Assembly: GCA_023256355.1 (NCBI GenBank)
Contig: JAGDXJ010000005.1
Location: forward strand, 1,222 to 65,221
Source: Nitrososphaerales archaeon
GTDB taxonomy: Archaea; Thermoproteota; Nitrososphaeria; Conexivisphaerales; UBA164
Reading direction: 5' to 3'
DNA length: 64,000 bases
Shown in pieces: positions 37,965 through 47,189 of this stretch (positions are counted from its first letter, which is position 1; the number at the start of each line of letters is the position of its first letter). Position numbers and translations under genes: made by a program. The notes beneath the pieces were generated by a model. The model was not told where the DNA came from, made no database searches, and was given only the letters and a program-made list of their open reading frames with translations.

Positions 37965-38004
37965 GCATGTAAACCGATATATTGAGGGGGAAGCATGACA
38001 TTTT

Positions 38005-38541
38005 ATGCAGGGATGGATAAAAGTATATACAGGACCTATGTTCAGCAGAAAGACTGAAGAATTGCTGATCGAGCTCAGAAGGTATGAGCTCGCGAAAAAG
38101 AGGATAATACTGTTCAAACATGCAATAGACAACAGGTATGGGGAAGAATATGTTACAAGCCATGACGGCAGAAAGATGAAGGCAATCAAGGTTTCAGACC
38201 CATCAGAAATATACAATATAGGGAAGGGATATGAGGTTATAGGAATAGACGAGGCACAGTTTTTCGATACAGAAATTGTCGATGTTGTAAACAGGCTTGC
38301 TGATGAAGGCAAACGCATAGTAATAGCAGGATTAGACAAGAATTTTCTCGGAAAACCTTTTGGATCTATGCCTCCGCTTCTTGCTATTGCTGATGAAGTT
38401 ATCAAGCTAACCGCTGTATGTCCTGTTTGCGGAGAACCAGCAACTTTTACTATACGTAAAAGTAAGGAAGAGCAAGAGATCCTTATAGGAGGGTATGACC
38501 ATTATGAACCCAGATGCAGAGTTCATCATCATTTAACATAA
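38005..38541 (+). CDS. tdk: Thymidine kinase (TK1 type) with atypical Walker A
   Basis: 'YTGPMFSRKTEEL' (canonical GPMFSGK[ST]), 'GIDEAQFF', and the Zn site 'CPVCGEPATFTIR...YEPRCRVHH'. Confidence 0.8.
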   Translation: MQGWIKVYTGPMFSRKTEELLIELRRYELAKKRIILFKHAIDNRYGEEYVTSHDGRKMKAIKVSDPSEIYNIGKGYEVIGIDEAQFFDTEIVDVVNRLADEGKRIVIAGLDKNFLGKPFGSMPPLLAIADEVIKLTAVCPVCGEPATFTIRKSKEEQEILIGGYDHYEPRCRVHHHLT

Positions 38542-38603
38542 ACATAAATCAAAAGCATATTGTAACGGATGCCATCAAAACAAAAAATTTAAGTTAATTA
38601 GAA

Positions 38604-38616
38604 AAATTTATATTCA
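38604..38616 (+). promoter_or_regulatory. Candidate BRE/TATA promoter of rpoN-eno-rps2
   Basis: 'AAAATTTATATTC'. The core 38607-38614 is centred about 26 nt upstream of the ATG at 38637, a leaderless spacing. Confidence 0.4.
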
Positions 38617-38636
38617 GAGGTATTTTAACTAGTTCG

Positions 38637-38867
38637 ATGCTTTCACCAATAAGATGTTTTAGCTGTGGCGCTTTACTCGGCGATAAGTATGAAAAATTTA
38701 ACGCCCTTGTTGCTAAAGGTATGGAACCTTCTAAAGCTCTGGATAAGTTAGGAGTTAAAAGATACTGCTGCAGAAGGATGATTTTGAGCAGTTTTGAAAC
38801 TCTAAACAAGATGCTTCCTTATGCCGAGGCAGCGGCCCTTTTAAATGATAAGGAGGAAGAAATTTAG
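38637..38867 (+). CDS. rpoN: DNA-directed RNA polymerase subunit N (Rpo10)
   Basis: 'PIRCFSCG...LGVKRYCCRRM' is the Rpb10/RpoN zinc-bundle signature. 76 aa, with a short acidic C-terminal extension. Confidence 0.9.
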   Translation: MLSPIRCFSCGALLGDKYEKFNALVAKGMEPSKALDKLGVKRYCCRRMILSSFETLNKMLPYAEAAALLNDKEEEI

Positions 38868-40085
38868 TTGGAGATAACAGACGTTAAGATCTCCCCCAGC
38901 TTTACGAGCAGAGGGGATGAAACAGTAGAGGCAACGGTGTTCATAAAAAACTATAAAGCAACTGCAACTGCGCCCGCTGGTGCCAGTACCGGCGAAACTG
39001 AAGTGATTCACCTGCCAAAAGGTGGATTTTTAACCGTTGAAAAGAACTTTGATAAGAAAAAGCTTTTAGGCGTTGATGCAGCAGATCTGAAGGCTGTTTA
39101 TGAGGCTCTCGTTAAGATAGGAGGTTCTGACAGATTTGAAAAGATAGGTGGAGCTACAGCCTTTGCAGTATCTGTGGCAGCCCTCGCAGTTGAATCTCTG
39201 GCTTCAGGCAAGCCATTTTACTCGCTTATTGGTTTTGAACCCAGAATACCGTATCCCTTGGGGAACGTGCTCGGAGGCGGTAAGCATGCGGGGACTGGCT
39301 CTCCAGATATACAGGAATTTTTATCGAGCCCTGTGGGAGCAAAGAACGCTTTTGAAGCTGTAACATTAAACATTAAAGTTCACAAAGAAGTTAAAAAAGA
39401 AATCGAAAAAAGGGATCCGATGTTCGCTGGCGGTAAAGGCGATGAAGGAGCGTGGGCTCCAAGGCTTAAGGACGAAGAGGCGTTAGACGTAGTCAGAACA
39501 GCCATAGACAGGGTTTCAAAAGAGTATGGCGTAAGGATAATAATGGGGCTAGATATGGCCGCATCAACTCTTTATGAAAACGGTTTTTACAATTATGCAA
39601 GAAAGGGCAAAAAACTTTCTAAAGAAGATCAGTTTAAGTATGTAGAAGATACAATAAGCAAATATGATCTTAAGTATGTAGAAGATCCTTTCTTTGAAGA
39701 AGATTTTGAGTCTTTTGCTCAGCTTACAAAGAGTTCAAAAGCACTGATAGTAGGTGACGACCTTTTCACAACAGACTATAAGAGGTTAGAAAAAGGGGTT
39801 AAAATGGGGGCTGCGAACGCGGTAATTCTCAAGGTAAATCAGGTGGGCACGCTGTACCAGGCAAAGCTTTTTGCTGAGGTTGCTCATAAAAACAATTATG
39901 CGGTGATAACCTCTCACAGAAGCGGCGATGTATGTGAAGGTTATCTTGCAGACATAGCCGTGGGTATGAAATCATCATTAATAAAAAGTGGAGTTGTTGG
40001 AGGGGAAAGAATGTCAAAGCTTATAAGGCTAGCAAGAATAAATGAAGAAAATGAAGGTATACCTCTTTGGAGGCCGAGCATATAA
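38868..40085 (+). CDS. eno: Enolase
   Basis: 'AGASTGETE', 'GLDMAAS', 'YVEDPFFEEDF', 'VGDDLFTT', 'LKVNQVGT', 'SHRSGD' and 'IKSG...GERMSKL'. The TTG start is supported by AGGAGG at 38851-38856. 405 aa. Confidence 0.85.
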   Translation: MEITDVKISPSFTSRGDETVEATVFIKNYKATATAPAGASTGETEVIHLPKGGFLTVEKNFDKKKLLGVDAADLKAVYEALVKIGGSDRFEKIGGATAFAVSVAALAVESLASGKPFYSLIGFEPRIPYPLGNVLGGGKHAGTGSPDIQEFLSSPVGAKNAFEAVTLNIKVHKEVKKEIEKRDPMFAGGKGDEGAWAPRLKDEEALDVVRTAIDRVSKEYGVRIIMGLDMAASTLYENGFYNYARKGKKLSKEDQFKYVEDTISKYDLKYVEDPFFEEDFESFAQLTKSSKALIVGDDLFTTDYKRLEKGVKMGAANAVILKVNQVGTLYQAKLFAEVAHKNNYAVITSHRSGDVCEGYLADIAVGMKSSLIKSGVVGGERMSKLIRLARINEENEGIPLWRPSI

Positions 40086-40756
40086 TGGCAGAAAAACAGC
40101 CTGAGGATAAAAGCGAAGAAGGTTCAGAGAATAGAAAGATAAACGTTCAGCTTACAGAAAGTGCTCTGATAGCTTCCGGGATAAGGATCGGAACAAACGT
40201 CGCAACAAAGCACATGAAACAGTTTGTGGCCAGGAGAAGAGAAGACGGTTTAAACATCCTGGATTTAAGCAAGATACTTTCGAGGATAGAAATAGCCGGA
40301 AAGTTCTTGTCAAGATATGATCCTAAAAAGGTTCTTGTTTATTCTACAAGGGAAGCAGCTTTTACTCCTATAACAAAATTCGCTGAGCTGACAGGGGTAA
40401 ATTACGTTTTAGGGAGGTTATTGCCAGGAACTCTTACAAACCCGTACCTTCCTGATTACAAGAACGTTGACTTGGTCCTTATAGTAGATCCTGCAGTAGA
40501 TAAACAGGCTATAGAAGAGGCTATAAGAGTAAACATACCGGTTGTTGCCATCTGTGACACAAACAACGTCTGTAACTTTGTTGATTTGATAATACCGGGA
40601 AACAACAGAGGGAGGAAATCATTAGCCATGATATTCTGGCTTTTAGCTAGGAGCTATCTGATAAATTCAGGCGCTATGCAACCGAACGAAGCCATGAAAT
40701 ACAGTCCATCAGACTTTGAAATGAAGTTTGAAGAAGGAAGCTATGTGGAGAGTTAG
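40085..40756 (+). CDS. rps2: 30S ribosomal protein S2 (uS2)
   Basis: 'GIRIGTNVATKHMKQFV...REDGLNILDL' and 'GRLLPGTLTN...IVDPAVDKQAIEEA...IPVVAICDTN'. The ATG at 40085 overlaps the eno stop (TAATG). Confidence 0.85.
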   Translation: MAEKQPEDKSEEGSENRKINVQLTESALIASGIRIGTNVATKHMKQFVARRREDGLNILDLSKILSRIEIAGKFLSRYDPKKVLVYSTREAAFTPITKFAELTGVNYVLGRLLPGTLTNPYLPDYKNVDLVLIVDPAVDKQAIEEAIRVNIPVVAICDTNNVCNFVDLIIPGNNRGRKSLAMIFWLLARSYLINSGAMQPNEAMKYSPSDFEMKFEEGSYVES

Positions 40757-41591
40757 AAAACCAGCAGTTGCAGGATATTTTTATCCAAGCGAAAAGAATA
40801 AACTGATAGGTTTAATTGAAGATACGTTCCGATCTAAAGATTTAGGCCCTGGTTTACTTCCGCCGCTAAAAGAACAGAAAAACGCTCTGGGCTATTTGGT
40901 ACCCCATGCAGGTTATGAATACTCCGGATATGTAGCAGCTCACGCTTACCTTGAAATATCAGCACTGCCAGAAGGTTCTACCTTTATAATTCTTGGCCCG
41001 AACCATTACGGCATAGGCAGCCCGTTAGCGCTTCCGCAGAGCGAAATCTGGGAGACTCCTCTCGGGCAGGTAAAGGTTGACACGTCTTTGAGAAATGAAA
41101 TAATGTCTGAAAAATCGATAATAGATATAGACGATGGGGCTCACTGGAGAGAACACAGCATCGAAGTCCAAATCCCTTACCTGCAGTACGTAAAAAAAGA
41201 CTTCAAAATACTCCCTATTTCTATGACCCTTATGGAGAAGGAGTACGCAGTAGAAGTTGCAGAAATAATCTATAAAAAAATCAAAGAAAAGAAAAACTAT
41301 TACATTATAGCGTCTTCTGACTTAACTCATTATGAGCCCGCTGAAAGCGTGAACAGAAAAGATGAAATTGCTATAAAAGCGATACTGAACAGAGATCTTG
41401 ATGAGCTTTACAGGGTTCTTAGAAAGTATGAGATAACAATGTGCGGTTACGGTCCTGCTGCTGTGTTGATACACCTGAGTAACCTTCTGGGTTATGGCAA
41501 CGTAAAGTTGCTAAAACACGCTAACAGCGGCGACGTAACAGGGGATTACAGCTCTGTTGTGGGTTACGCTTCTATCGGTTTTTATAAGTAA
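40743..41591 (+). CDS. MEMO1-family protein (AmmeMemoRadiSam system protein B-like)
   Basis: 'VRKPAVAGYFYP', 'VPHAGYEYSG' and 'GPNH'. The ATG at 40743 gives the canonical N-terminus. It overlaps the rps2 3' end. Confidence 0.75.
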   Translation: MWRVRKPAVAGYFYPSEKNKLIGLIEDTFRSKDLGPGLLPPLKEQKNALGYLVPHAGYEYSGYVAAHAYLEISALPEGSTFIILGPNHYGIGSPLALPQSEIWETPLGQVKVDTSLRNEIMSEKSIIDIDDGAHWREHSIEVQIPYLQYVKKDFKILPISMTLMEKEYAVEVAEIIYKKIKEKKNYYIIASSDLTHYEPAESVNRKDEIAIKAILNRDLDELYRVLRKYEITMCGYGPAAVLIHLSNLLGYGNVKLLKHANSGDVTGDYSSVVGYASIGFYK

Positions 41592-41630
41592 CGGATTGTT
41601 TTTAAATACGATAACTTATTTTCTAATAGA

Positions 41631-42506
41631 ATGGAATTCAGCGAAGCTGTAGCTCCAGCAAAGGTCATTTTGTCTGGAGAACATTTTGTAGTGCACGGCG
41701 CAAGAGCTTTAGCCGGCGCTATAAACCTGTATCTGAAAATAAGGATTGAAGAAAGCGATAAAGATATCATATATTCTAACGGTAAAATCATACGTGCAGA
41801 CTATGCGCTTGAAAAGGTAAAAGAGATAACAGGAGTCAGAAACGTAAAGGTCTCGGTGCGAAGCGCAGTACCCAAGTCAGCAGGCCTCGGTTCCTCAGCT
41901 TCTTTTCACGTGGCAATCATAATTGCGGCGTTCAAATTCAGTGGTATAAATCCTTCTCGTGAAAAAATATTCGAAGAATCGATGGAGCTTGAAAGGGAGG
42001 TTCATAAAAATCCCAGTGGCATAGACGTGTGGGCTGTTTTGAACGGTGGCGTATTTATTTTTAAAAGAGGAGAAAAAAATTATCCAGTAAATTCAAAGGT
42101 TGAAAAAATTCTGTTGATAGACTCAGGGCAAAGAAGAAACACTGGTACCCTGGTAAGTAAGGTTGGATACATGAAGGAAAATGAACCAGAAAGGTTCAGC
42201 GAGCTCGTAGAAATAGCCGATTCAATATCGTTATCGATGAAGAATGCTCTGGAAATGGGTGACGTTGAAAAAGTTAAAGGCCTTTTCAGGATAAACCAGT
42301 CCCTTCTTGAGCTGATAGATGTATCTACTCCAAAGATAGCTCGCCTTTTAAAAATGTTGCACGAAAACGGAATTTCAGCCAAAATTACCGGAGCTGGCGG
42401 TGGAGGATATTTAATTGGATTGCCTGTAAAAAAGGTTGACGGTTTAAAAACAAAAGAAGTGAAGCTTGGAGTTCGCGGCGCTTACGATATAAACTTTTCA
42501 CACTAA
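41631..42506 (+). CDS. mvk: Mevalonate kinase
   Basis: GHMP kinase motifs 'APAKVILSGEHFVVHG', 'PKSAGLGSSAS' and 'KITGAGGGG'. Confidence 0.85.
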   Translation: MEFSEAVAPAKVILSGEHFVVHGARALAGAINLYLKIRIEESDKDIIYSNGKIIRADYALEKVKEITGVRNVKVSVRSAVPKSAGLGSSASFHVAIIIAAFKFSGINPSREKIFEESMELEREVHKNPSGIDVWAVLNGGVFIFKRGEKNYPVNSKVEKILLIDSGQRRNTGTLVSKVGYMKENEPERFSELVEIADSISLSMKNALEMGDVEKVKGLFRINQSLLELIDVSTPKIARLLKMLHENGISAKITGAGGGGYLIGLPVKKVDGLKTKEVKLGVRGAYDINFSH

Positions 42507-42592
42507 AAACATCGATTTATTACAATTTAAAATAAAAAGCCATTTTCAGAAAAAGTTAAGTTTAAAGATGGTAAAACAGAAACGTTAAGCAG

Positions 42593-43399
42593 ATGTCTTT
42601 GGCAGTTGTAAAAATGGGTGGTTCATCTATTACCTTTAAAGACAAACCGTTCAGCATAAATGAAGAAGGAATAAAGAATATAGCTGAAGCTTTGAGCGTT
42701 GCAGGAATACGATATTTTCTAATTCACGGAGGAGGATCGTGGGGGCACCCTGCCGCTACAATATATGGACTTTCGAGCTTTCATCATTCAGATTCCGACC
42801 GGGGGGTAAGCTTTACAAAGATCAAGATGCTGCAGCTCAGTGTCCAGGTTCAAAAAATTCTGATGGATAAAGGCCTGTCCACGTTTTACTTTCCTGCACA
42901 GCTGATTGATGTGCTAAATAAAGACGAGGTTTTAGAAATGATTGAAAGGTCTGTCTATCCGCTTACGTTCGGAGATGTTATCTATGAGTATGGAAAAGGT
43001 TTCAGGGTTATAGGAGGGGACGAAATAGCGTTAAAAGTATGCCGCAAATTTCCAGTGAACAAGGTCGTGTTCATCATGGGAACGCCAGGTATAATGGATG
43101 AAAATGGTAACGTGGTTAAAAAAATCAGCGTAAAAAGATCTGAAGGATCTATGTACATAGGGGACGTGCCAATAATAAAAGGGAATAGCTTTGAAAGGTT
43201 TGAAAAAATGCTGGCAAAAATATCAGAAAACTCTCCCGACGCAACGGGCGGCTTAAGTTTCAAGCTTTACGTCGCTTATACGTTAGCCAAAATGGGCATA
43301 AGCTCTGTGTTTATAAGCGCAGGCGATAAAGAAAATATTATTAAAGCATTAAAGGGTTATAAGTTTGATGGTAGTGTAGTGATGTCTGATGGAAGTTAA
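42593..43399 (+). CDS. Isopentenyl phosphate kinase
   Basis: Amino-acid-kinase fold: 'VVKMGGSSITFKD', 'IHGGGSWGHP' and 'VIGGDEIA'. Located between mvk and idi2. Confidence 0.8.
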   Translation: MSLAVVKMGGSSITFKDKPFSINEEGIKNIAEALSVAGIRYFLIHGGGSWGHPAATIYGLSSFHHSDSDRGVSFTKIKMLQLSVQVQKILMDKGLSTFYFPAQLIDVLNKDEVLEMIERSVYPLTFGDVIYEYGKGFRVIGGDEIALKVCRKFPVNKVVFIMGTPGIMDENGNVVKKISVKRSEGSMYIGDVPIIKGNSFERFEKMLAKISENSPDATGGLSFKLYVAYTLAKMGISSVFISAGDKENIIKALKGYKFDGSVVMSDGS

Positions 43400-44456
43400 G
43401 GATAGAAAGGTTGAGCACATAAACATCGTTAAAAAAGGCGGAGTTGAGTATGAGGAAACATCTGGTTGGTTTGAATACGTGTACCTTATTCATCAAGCGC
43501 TTCCCGAAATTGATCTGCAGGATGTGGATACTTCTGTAAATTTTTTGGGTTTTAAGCTTCAAGCACCGCTAATAATAGACAGCATGACCGGGGGAAGCGA
43601 AGAAACGAAAGAAATAAACAAAAACCTTGCAGCCCTCGCACATGATCTTGGAATAGGAATGGGCGTAGGATCTCAGAGAGCTGCAATAGAAGACCCGTCT
43701 TTAGCGGACACGTATTCGGTTGTAAGGGAAACAGCTCCTGACATATTTGTTATAGGTAATATTGGGGCCGCACAGCTTCTTGCTTATGACCTTGATAAGA
43801 TTAAAAGGGCAATCGAAATGATAAAGGCAAACGCTTTGGCAATACATTTAAACCCTCTTCAGGAAGCAATTCAGCCTGAAGGAGAACCTAAATTCAGGGG
43901 AGTTCTGCAAAAGCTAGCAGAAGTTTCGAAGTCAATAAACGTGCCATTAATAGTTAAAGAAGTAGGTTCCGGGATTTCAAAAGAAGTTGCGATAAACTTG
44001 AAGCTGGCTGGCGTTTCTGCCATAAATGTAGCGGGGGCAGGAGGAACAAGCTGGGCTAAAATTGAAGGCGTAAGGGCGAAAAAGGCAAAGAAAATGGAAA
44101 ACTACAGCCTGGCTGAAATATTTGGGGAATGGGGCATACCAACGGCTGCCTCCATAATAGAAGTAAGGAGCGTTACAGATCTCCCGATAATAGCCTCAGG
44201 AGGGATGAAAAATGGGCTTGAGCTGGCAAAAGCCATAACGCTTGGGGCTGATGCGGGAGCGATGGCTGGAACCGTGCTGAAAGAATTGCTGAAGAACGGA
44301 TATGAAAAGGCTAAAGAAATGCTGCTCAACACAGTAAACGAATACAGGCTTGCTCTTTTCCTTACAGGTTCAAAAAACACCTCAGAACTGAAAAAGAAAA
44401 GAAAGATTCTGCTGGACCCGCTAGCAGAATGGGCCAGACAGGTCGGATACATATGA
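43389..44456 (+). CDS. fni: Type 2 isopentenyl-diphosphate delta-isomerase
   Basis: FMN TIM-barrel features: 'APLIIDSMTGG', 'GVGSQR', 'VKEVGSGIS' and 'ASGGMKNGLE'. It overlaps the ipk gene by 11 nt. Confidence 0.85.
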   Translation: MEVKDRKVEHINIVKKGGVEYEETSGWFEYVYLIHQALPEIDLQDVDTSVNFLGFKLQAPLIIDSMTGGSEETKEINKNLAALAHDLGIGMGVGSQRAAIEDPSLADTYSVVRETAPDIFVIGNIGAAQLLAYDLDKIKRAIEMIKANALAIHLNPLQEAIQPEGEPKFRGVLQKLAEVSKSINVPLIVKEVGSGISKEVAINLKLAGVSAINVAGAGGTSWAKIEGVRAKKAKKMENYSLAEIFGEWGIPTAASIIEVRSVTDLPIIASGGMKNGLELAKAITLGADAGAMAGTVLKELLKNGYEKAKEMLLNTVNEYRLALFLTGSKNTSELKKKRKILLDPLAEWARQVGYI

Positions 44457-45418
44457 TAAACCAGGATGAATTTTTAAAAAACGTTGAAACCTACTTAAAA
44501 GGATCATTATCAAAAGAATATGATGTATATAAGGCTTCAGCACACCTTGTATTTGCAGGAGGAAAACGTCTAAGGCCTCTTATGGTCGCAAGAATGTATG
44601 AATCTTTGGGAGGAAACGCTTTAGATATAGTACCCGCGGCGGCATCCGTGGAGCTCGTGCATAACTTCACGCTGATACACGATGATATTATGGACAACGA
44701 CGACTTCAGAAGAGGTGTGCCAACGGTTCACAGGGTCTTTGGGGTACCTGTTGCCATACTTGCGGGGGATCTGCTGTTCGCCATGGGTTACAAGGCTCTT
44801 GAGGATGTTAAACCTTATAAGGAAGATGAAAAAAAGTTTCATAAAGCCGTTAGCGCGTTAACAAAGTACGTTATAGAACTTTGTGAAGGACAAAACATGG
44901 ATATAGCGCCGCCTGCGCAGTTCAGGGAAGAGGTTTATTACGAACTTATAAAAAAGAAAACTTCATCACTTTTTATACTTTCATCCCTTTATGGCGTCTA
45001 CGCAGCAGGAAGGCTTGATCTTGAAGAATATGCAAAAAAGTTCGGTGAAAATTTTGGAATAATATTCCAGTTAACGGACGACCTTCTGGGTTTGATCGGT
45101 GATCCAAACATTACTAAAAAACCAGTTGGGTCTGACCTGAGAGAAGGGAAATCAACGCTCCCGATTTACTTGGCAATAAAAAAAGCCGACGATGAACTCA
45201 AAAATAAAATTTTGAACGTCTACGGGAAAAAAGCTGAAGAACAGGAAATAAGTTACGTTGTTAAAAGGATAAAAGAACTCGGTATCGAAGAAGATGTAAA
45301 GAAAACGATAAAAATATATATTGACGGTGCGTTGTCAGCTTTAGAGCATCTGGGCTCAGGTGAGCCAAACTCAGAATTGATAAAAATGGTGAACAGCTTG
45401 GTTGAGCGTCAGCGATGA
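44453..45418 (+). CDS. idsA: Geranylgeranyl diphosphate synthase (trans-prenyltransferase)
   Basis: FARM 'LIHDDIMDNDDFRRG', SARM 'FQLTDDLLG' and 'GKRLRP'. The ATG at 44453 forms an ATGA overlap with the fni stop. Confidence 0.85.
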   Translation: MINQDEFLKNVETYLKGSLSKEYDVYKASAHLVFAGGKRLRPLMVARMYESLGGNALDIVPAAASVELVHNFTLIHDDIMDNDDFRRGVPTVHRVFGVPVAILAGDLLFAMGYKALEDVKPYKEDEKKFHKAVSALTKYVIELCEGQNMDIAPPAQFREEVYYELIKKKTSSLFILSSLYGVYAAGRLDLEEYAKKFGENFGIIFQLTDDLLGLIGDPNITKKPVGSDLREGKSTLPIYLAIKKADDELKNKILNVYGKKAEEQEISYVVKRIKELGIEEDVKKTIKIYIDGALSALEHLGSGEPNSELIKMVNSLVERQR

Positions 45419-47090
45419 AGAGCTTAGAGCAATAATAACTAAATACGCTGCTCAGAATGCGGTAAAACACGGGGGAAAAGCAGATCAGGTAGCAGTTATA
45501 GGAAAAATAGTCTCAGAAAGACCAGACATAAAACCAAAATTAAAAGAAATACTGCCGTTGGTAAGGGAGGTCTGTGATTACGTTTCTGGCTTAAGCATCG
45601 AAAAGCAAAAAGAGCTAGCAGGTGAGGTAGAAGAAAAAAAGAAGCAGGAGTTAAGGCTGCCGCCTCTTGAGGGAGCTGAAAACGGTAAGGTGGTGACGCG
45701 TTTCGCTCCTAATCCCAACAGCGTTCTTCATCTGGGATCTTCCAGAGCAGCAATCCTCTCTTACGAGTACGCTAAGATATACAAAGGCAGGTTCATACTG
45801 AGGTTTGAAGATACTGATCCAAGGTTAAAAAGGTCCGATTTAAAGTTTTACAGATATATTGAGGAGGATCTTGGATGGCTTGGAATTAAATGGGACGAAG
45901 AGCATTATCAGAGCCAGAGGTTACCGATATACTATGATTATGTTGAAAAGGCTATCAAAATAGGAGCAGTTTATATAACTGAATGTAACAGAGAGAAGTT
46001 TAAAGAACATATAATGGAGCAGAAGCCCTGCCCTGACAGGGATTTGCCAGCCGAAGTTCAGCTAAAAAGATGGGAAAAGATGCTTTCGGGAGAATATAAA
46101 GAGGGAGAAGCTGTTGTCAGAGTAAAAACGGACCTTTCACATCCAAATCCCGCAGTCAGGGACTGGCCTGCCCTCAGAATAATAGATACGGAAAAATATT
46201 CTCATCCTATTGTAGGCAATAAATACAGGGTTTGGCCGCTTTATAACTGGGCTTCAGCGATAGACGACCACCTTATGGGGATAACCCATATTTTCAGAGG
46301 TCAGGAACATTTCGTTAATATGGTCAGACAAAAATACCTGTACGAAGCCTTTGGATGGAAGTATCCTCATGCCGTTCATTATGGCAGGCTCATGATAGAA
46401 GGCAAACCGCTGAGCAAATCTGAAATCGAGAAGGGCATAAAAACGGGTGTTTACAGCGGCTACGATGACATAAGACTGGCTACGTTGAAAGCCCTGAAAA
46501 GGAGAGGCATAGTTCCAGAGGCTATAAAACAGCTAGTACTATCAATGGGAATAAATACAAACGATGCAGTAATAAGTTTAGAAAACCTGTACGCTATAAA
46601 CAGAAAGATCATTGATCCTATCGCCAACAGATATTTTGCCGTATTCGAGCCTTACGTAACATTAGCTCTTAAAAATATAGAAATCCCAAAGGTCGTTCAG
46701 CTTTATAAACATCCAAACAGGAAAAACGAAATAAGGACTTTAACGCTAGAAAAAGCTGAAATCATAATAGAAAAAAGCGATCATGAAAAGAATGCAGGTA
46801 AGGAAGTCAGGTTTATGGGTCTGGGTAACTTCGTTCTTGGTAAAGATTATGCAGAATTCACCGATAACGACCTGGCAAGGGCAAAAGAATTTCCTCATCT
46901 GCACTGGTTACCTTCAGATGCTCAAACTGAGATAAAGGTACTCAATGAAGATGGAAACGAAATAAACGGGATTGCAGAACAGGGGCTAAAAGGAGAACTT
47001 AACAACGTAGTTCAGCTGGAGAGAAAATTTTTCTGCAGAATCGAGTCGGTAACCGATAACACGATAAAAGCAGTGTATACATCTAATTAA
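45402..47090 (+). CDS. gltX: Glutamyl-tRNA synthetase (archaeal/eukaryotic type)
   Basis: 'RFAPNPNSVLHLGSSRAAIL' (HIGH region) and 'PLSKS' (KMSKS region). 562 aa. The TTG start overlaps idsA by 17 nt. Confidence 0.9.
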   Translation: MSVSDEELRAIITKYAAQNAVKHGGKADQVAVIGKIVSERPDIKPKLKEILPLVREVCDYVSGLSIEKQKELAGEVEEKKKQELRLPPLEGAENGKVVTRFAPNPNSVLHLGSSRAAILSYEYAKIYKGRFILRFEDTDPRLKRSDLKFYRYIEEDLGWLGIKWDEEHYQSQRLPIYYDYVEKAIKIGAVYITECNREKFKEHIMEQKPCPDRDLPAEVQLKRWEKMLSGEYKEGEAVVRVKTDLSHPNPAVRDWPALRIIDTEKYSHPIVGNKYRVWPLYNWASAIDDHLMGITHIFRGQEHFVNMVRQKYLYEAFGWKYPHAVHYGRLMIEGKPLSKSEIEKGIKTGVYSGYDDIRLATLKALKRRGIVPEAIKQLVLSMGINTNDAVISLENLYAINRKIIDPIANRYFAVFEPYVTLALKNIEIPKVVQLYKHPNRKNEIRTLTLEKAEIIIEKSDHEKNAGKEVRFMGLGNFVLGKDYAEFTDNDLARAKEFPHLHWLPSDAQTEIKVLNEDGNEINGIAEQGLKGELNNVVQLERKFFCRIESVTDNTIKAVYTSN

Positions 47091-47189
47091 TTTTTATTAA
47101 CTTATTGAAAAGAAGTCCCCTAGTAGCAGCGCTCAAAACTTATTTAGACATGATAGTTAACAGCGGCAAGGCATAAACAATCTGTAAAG

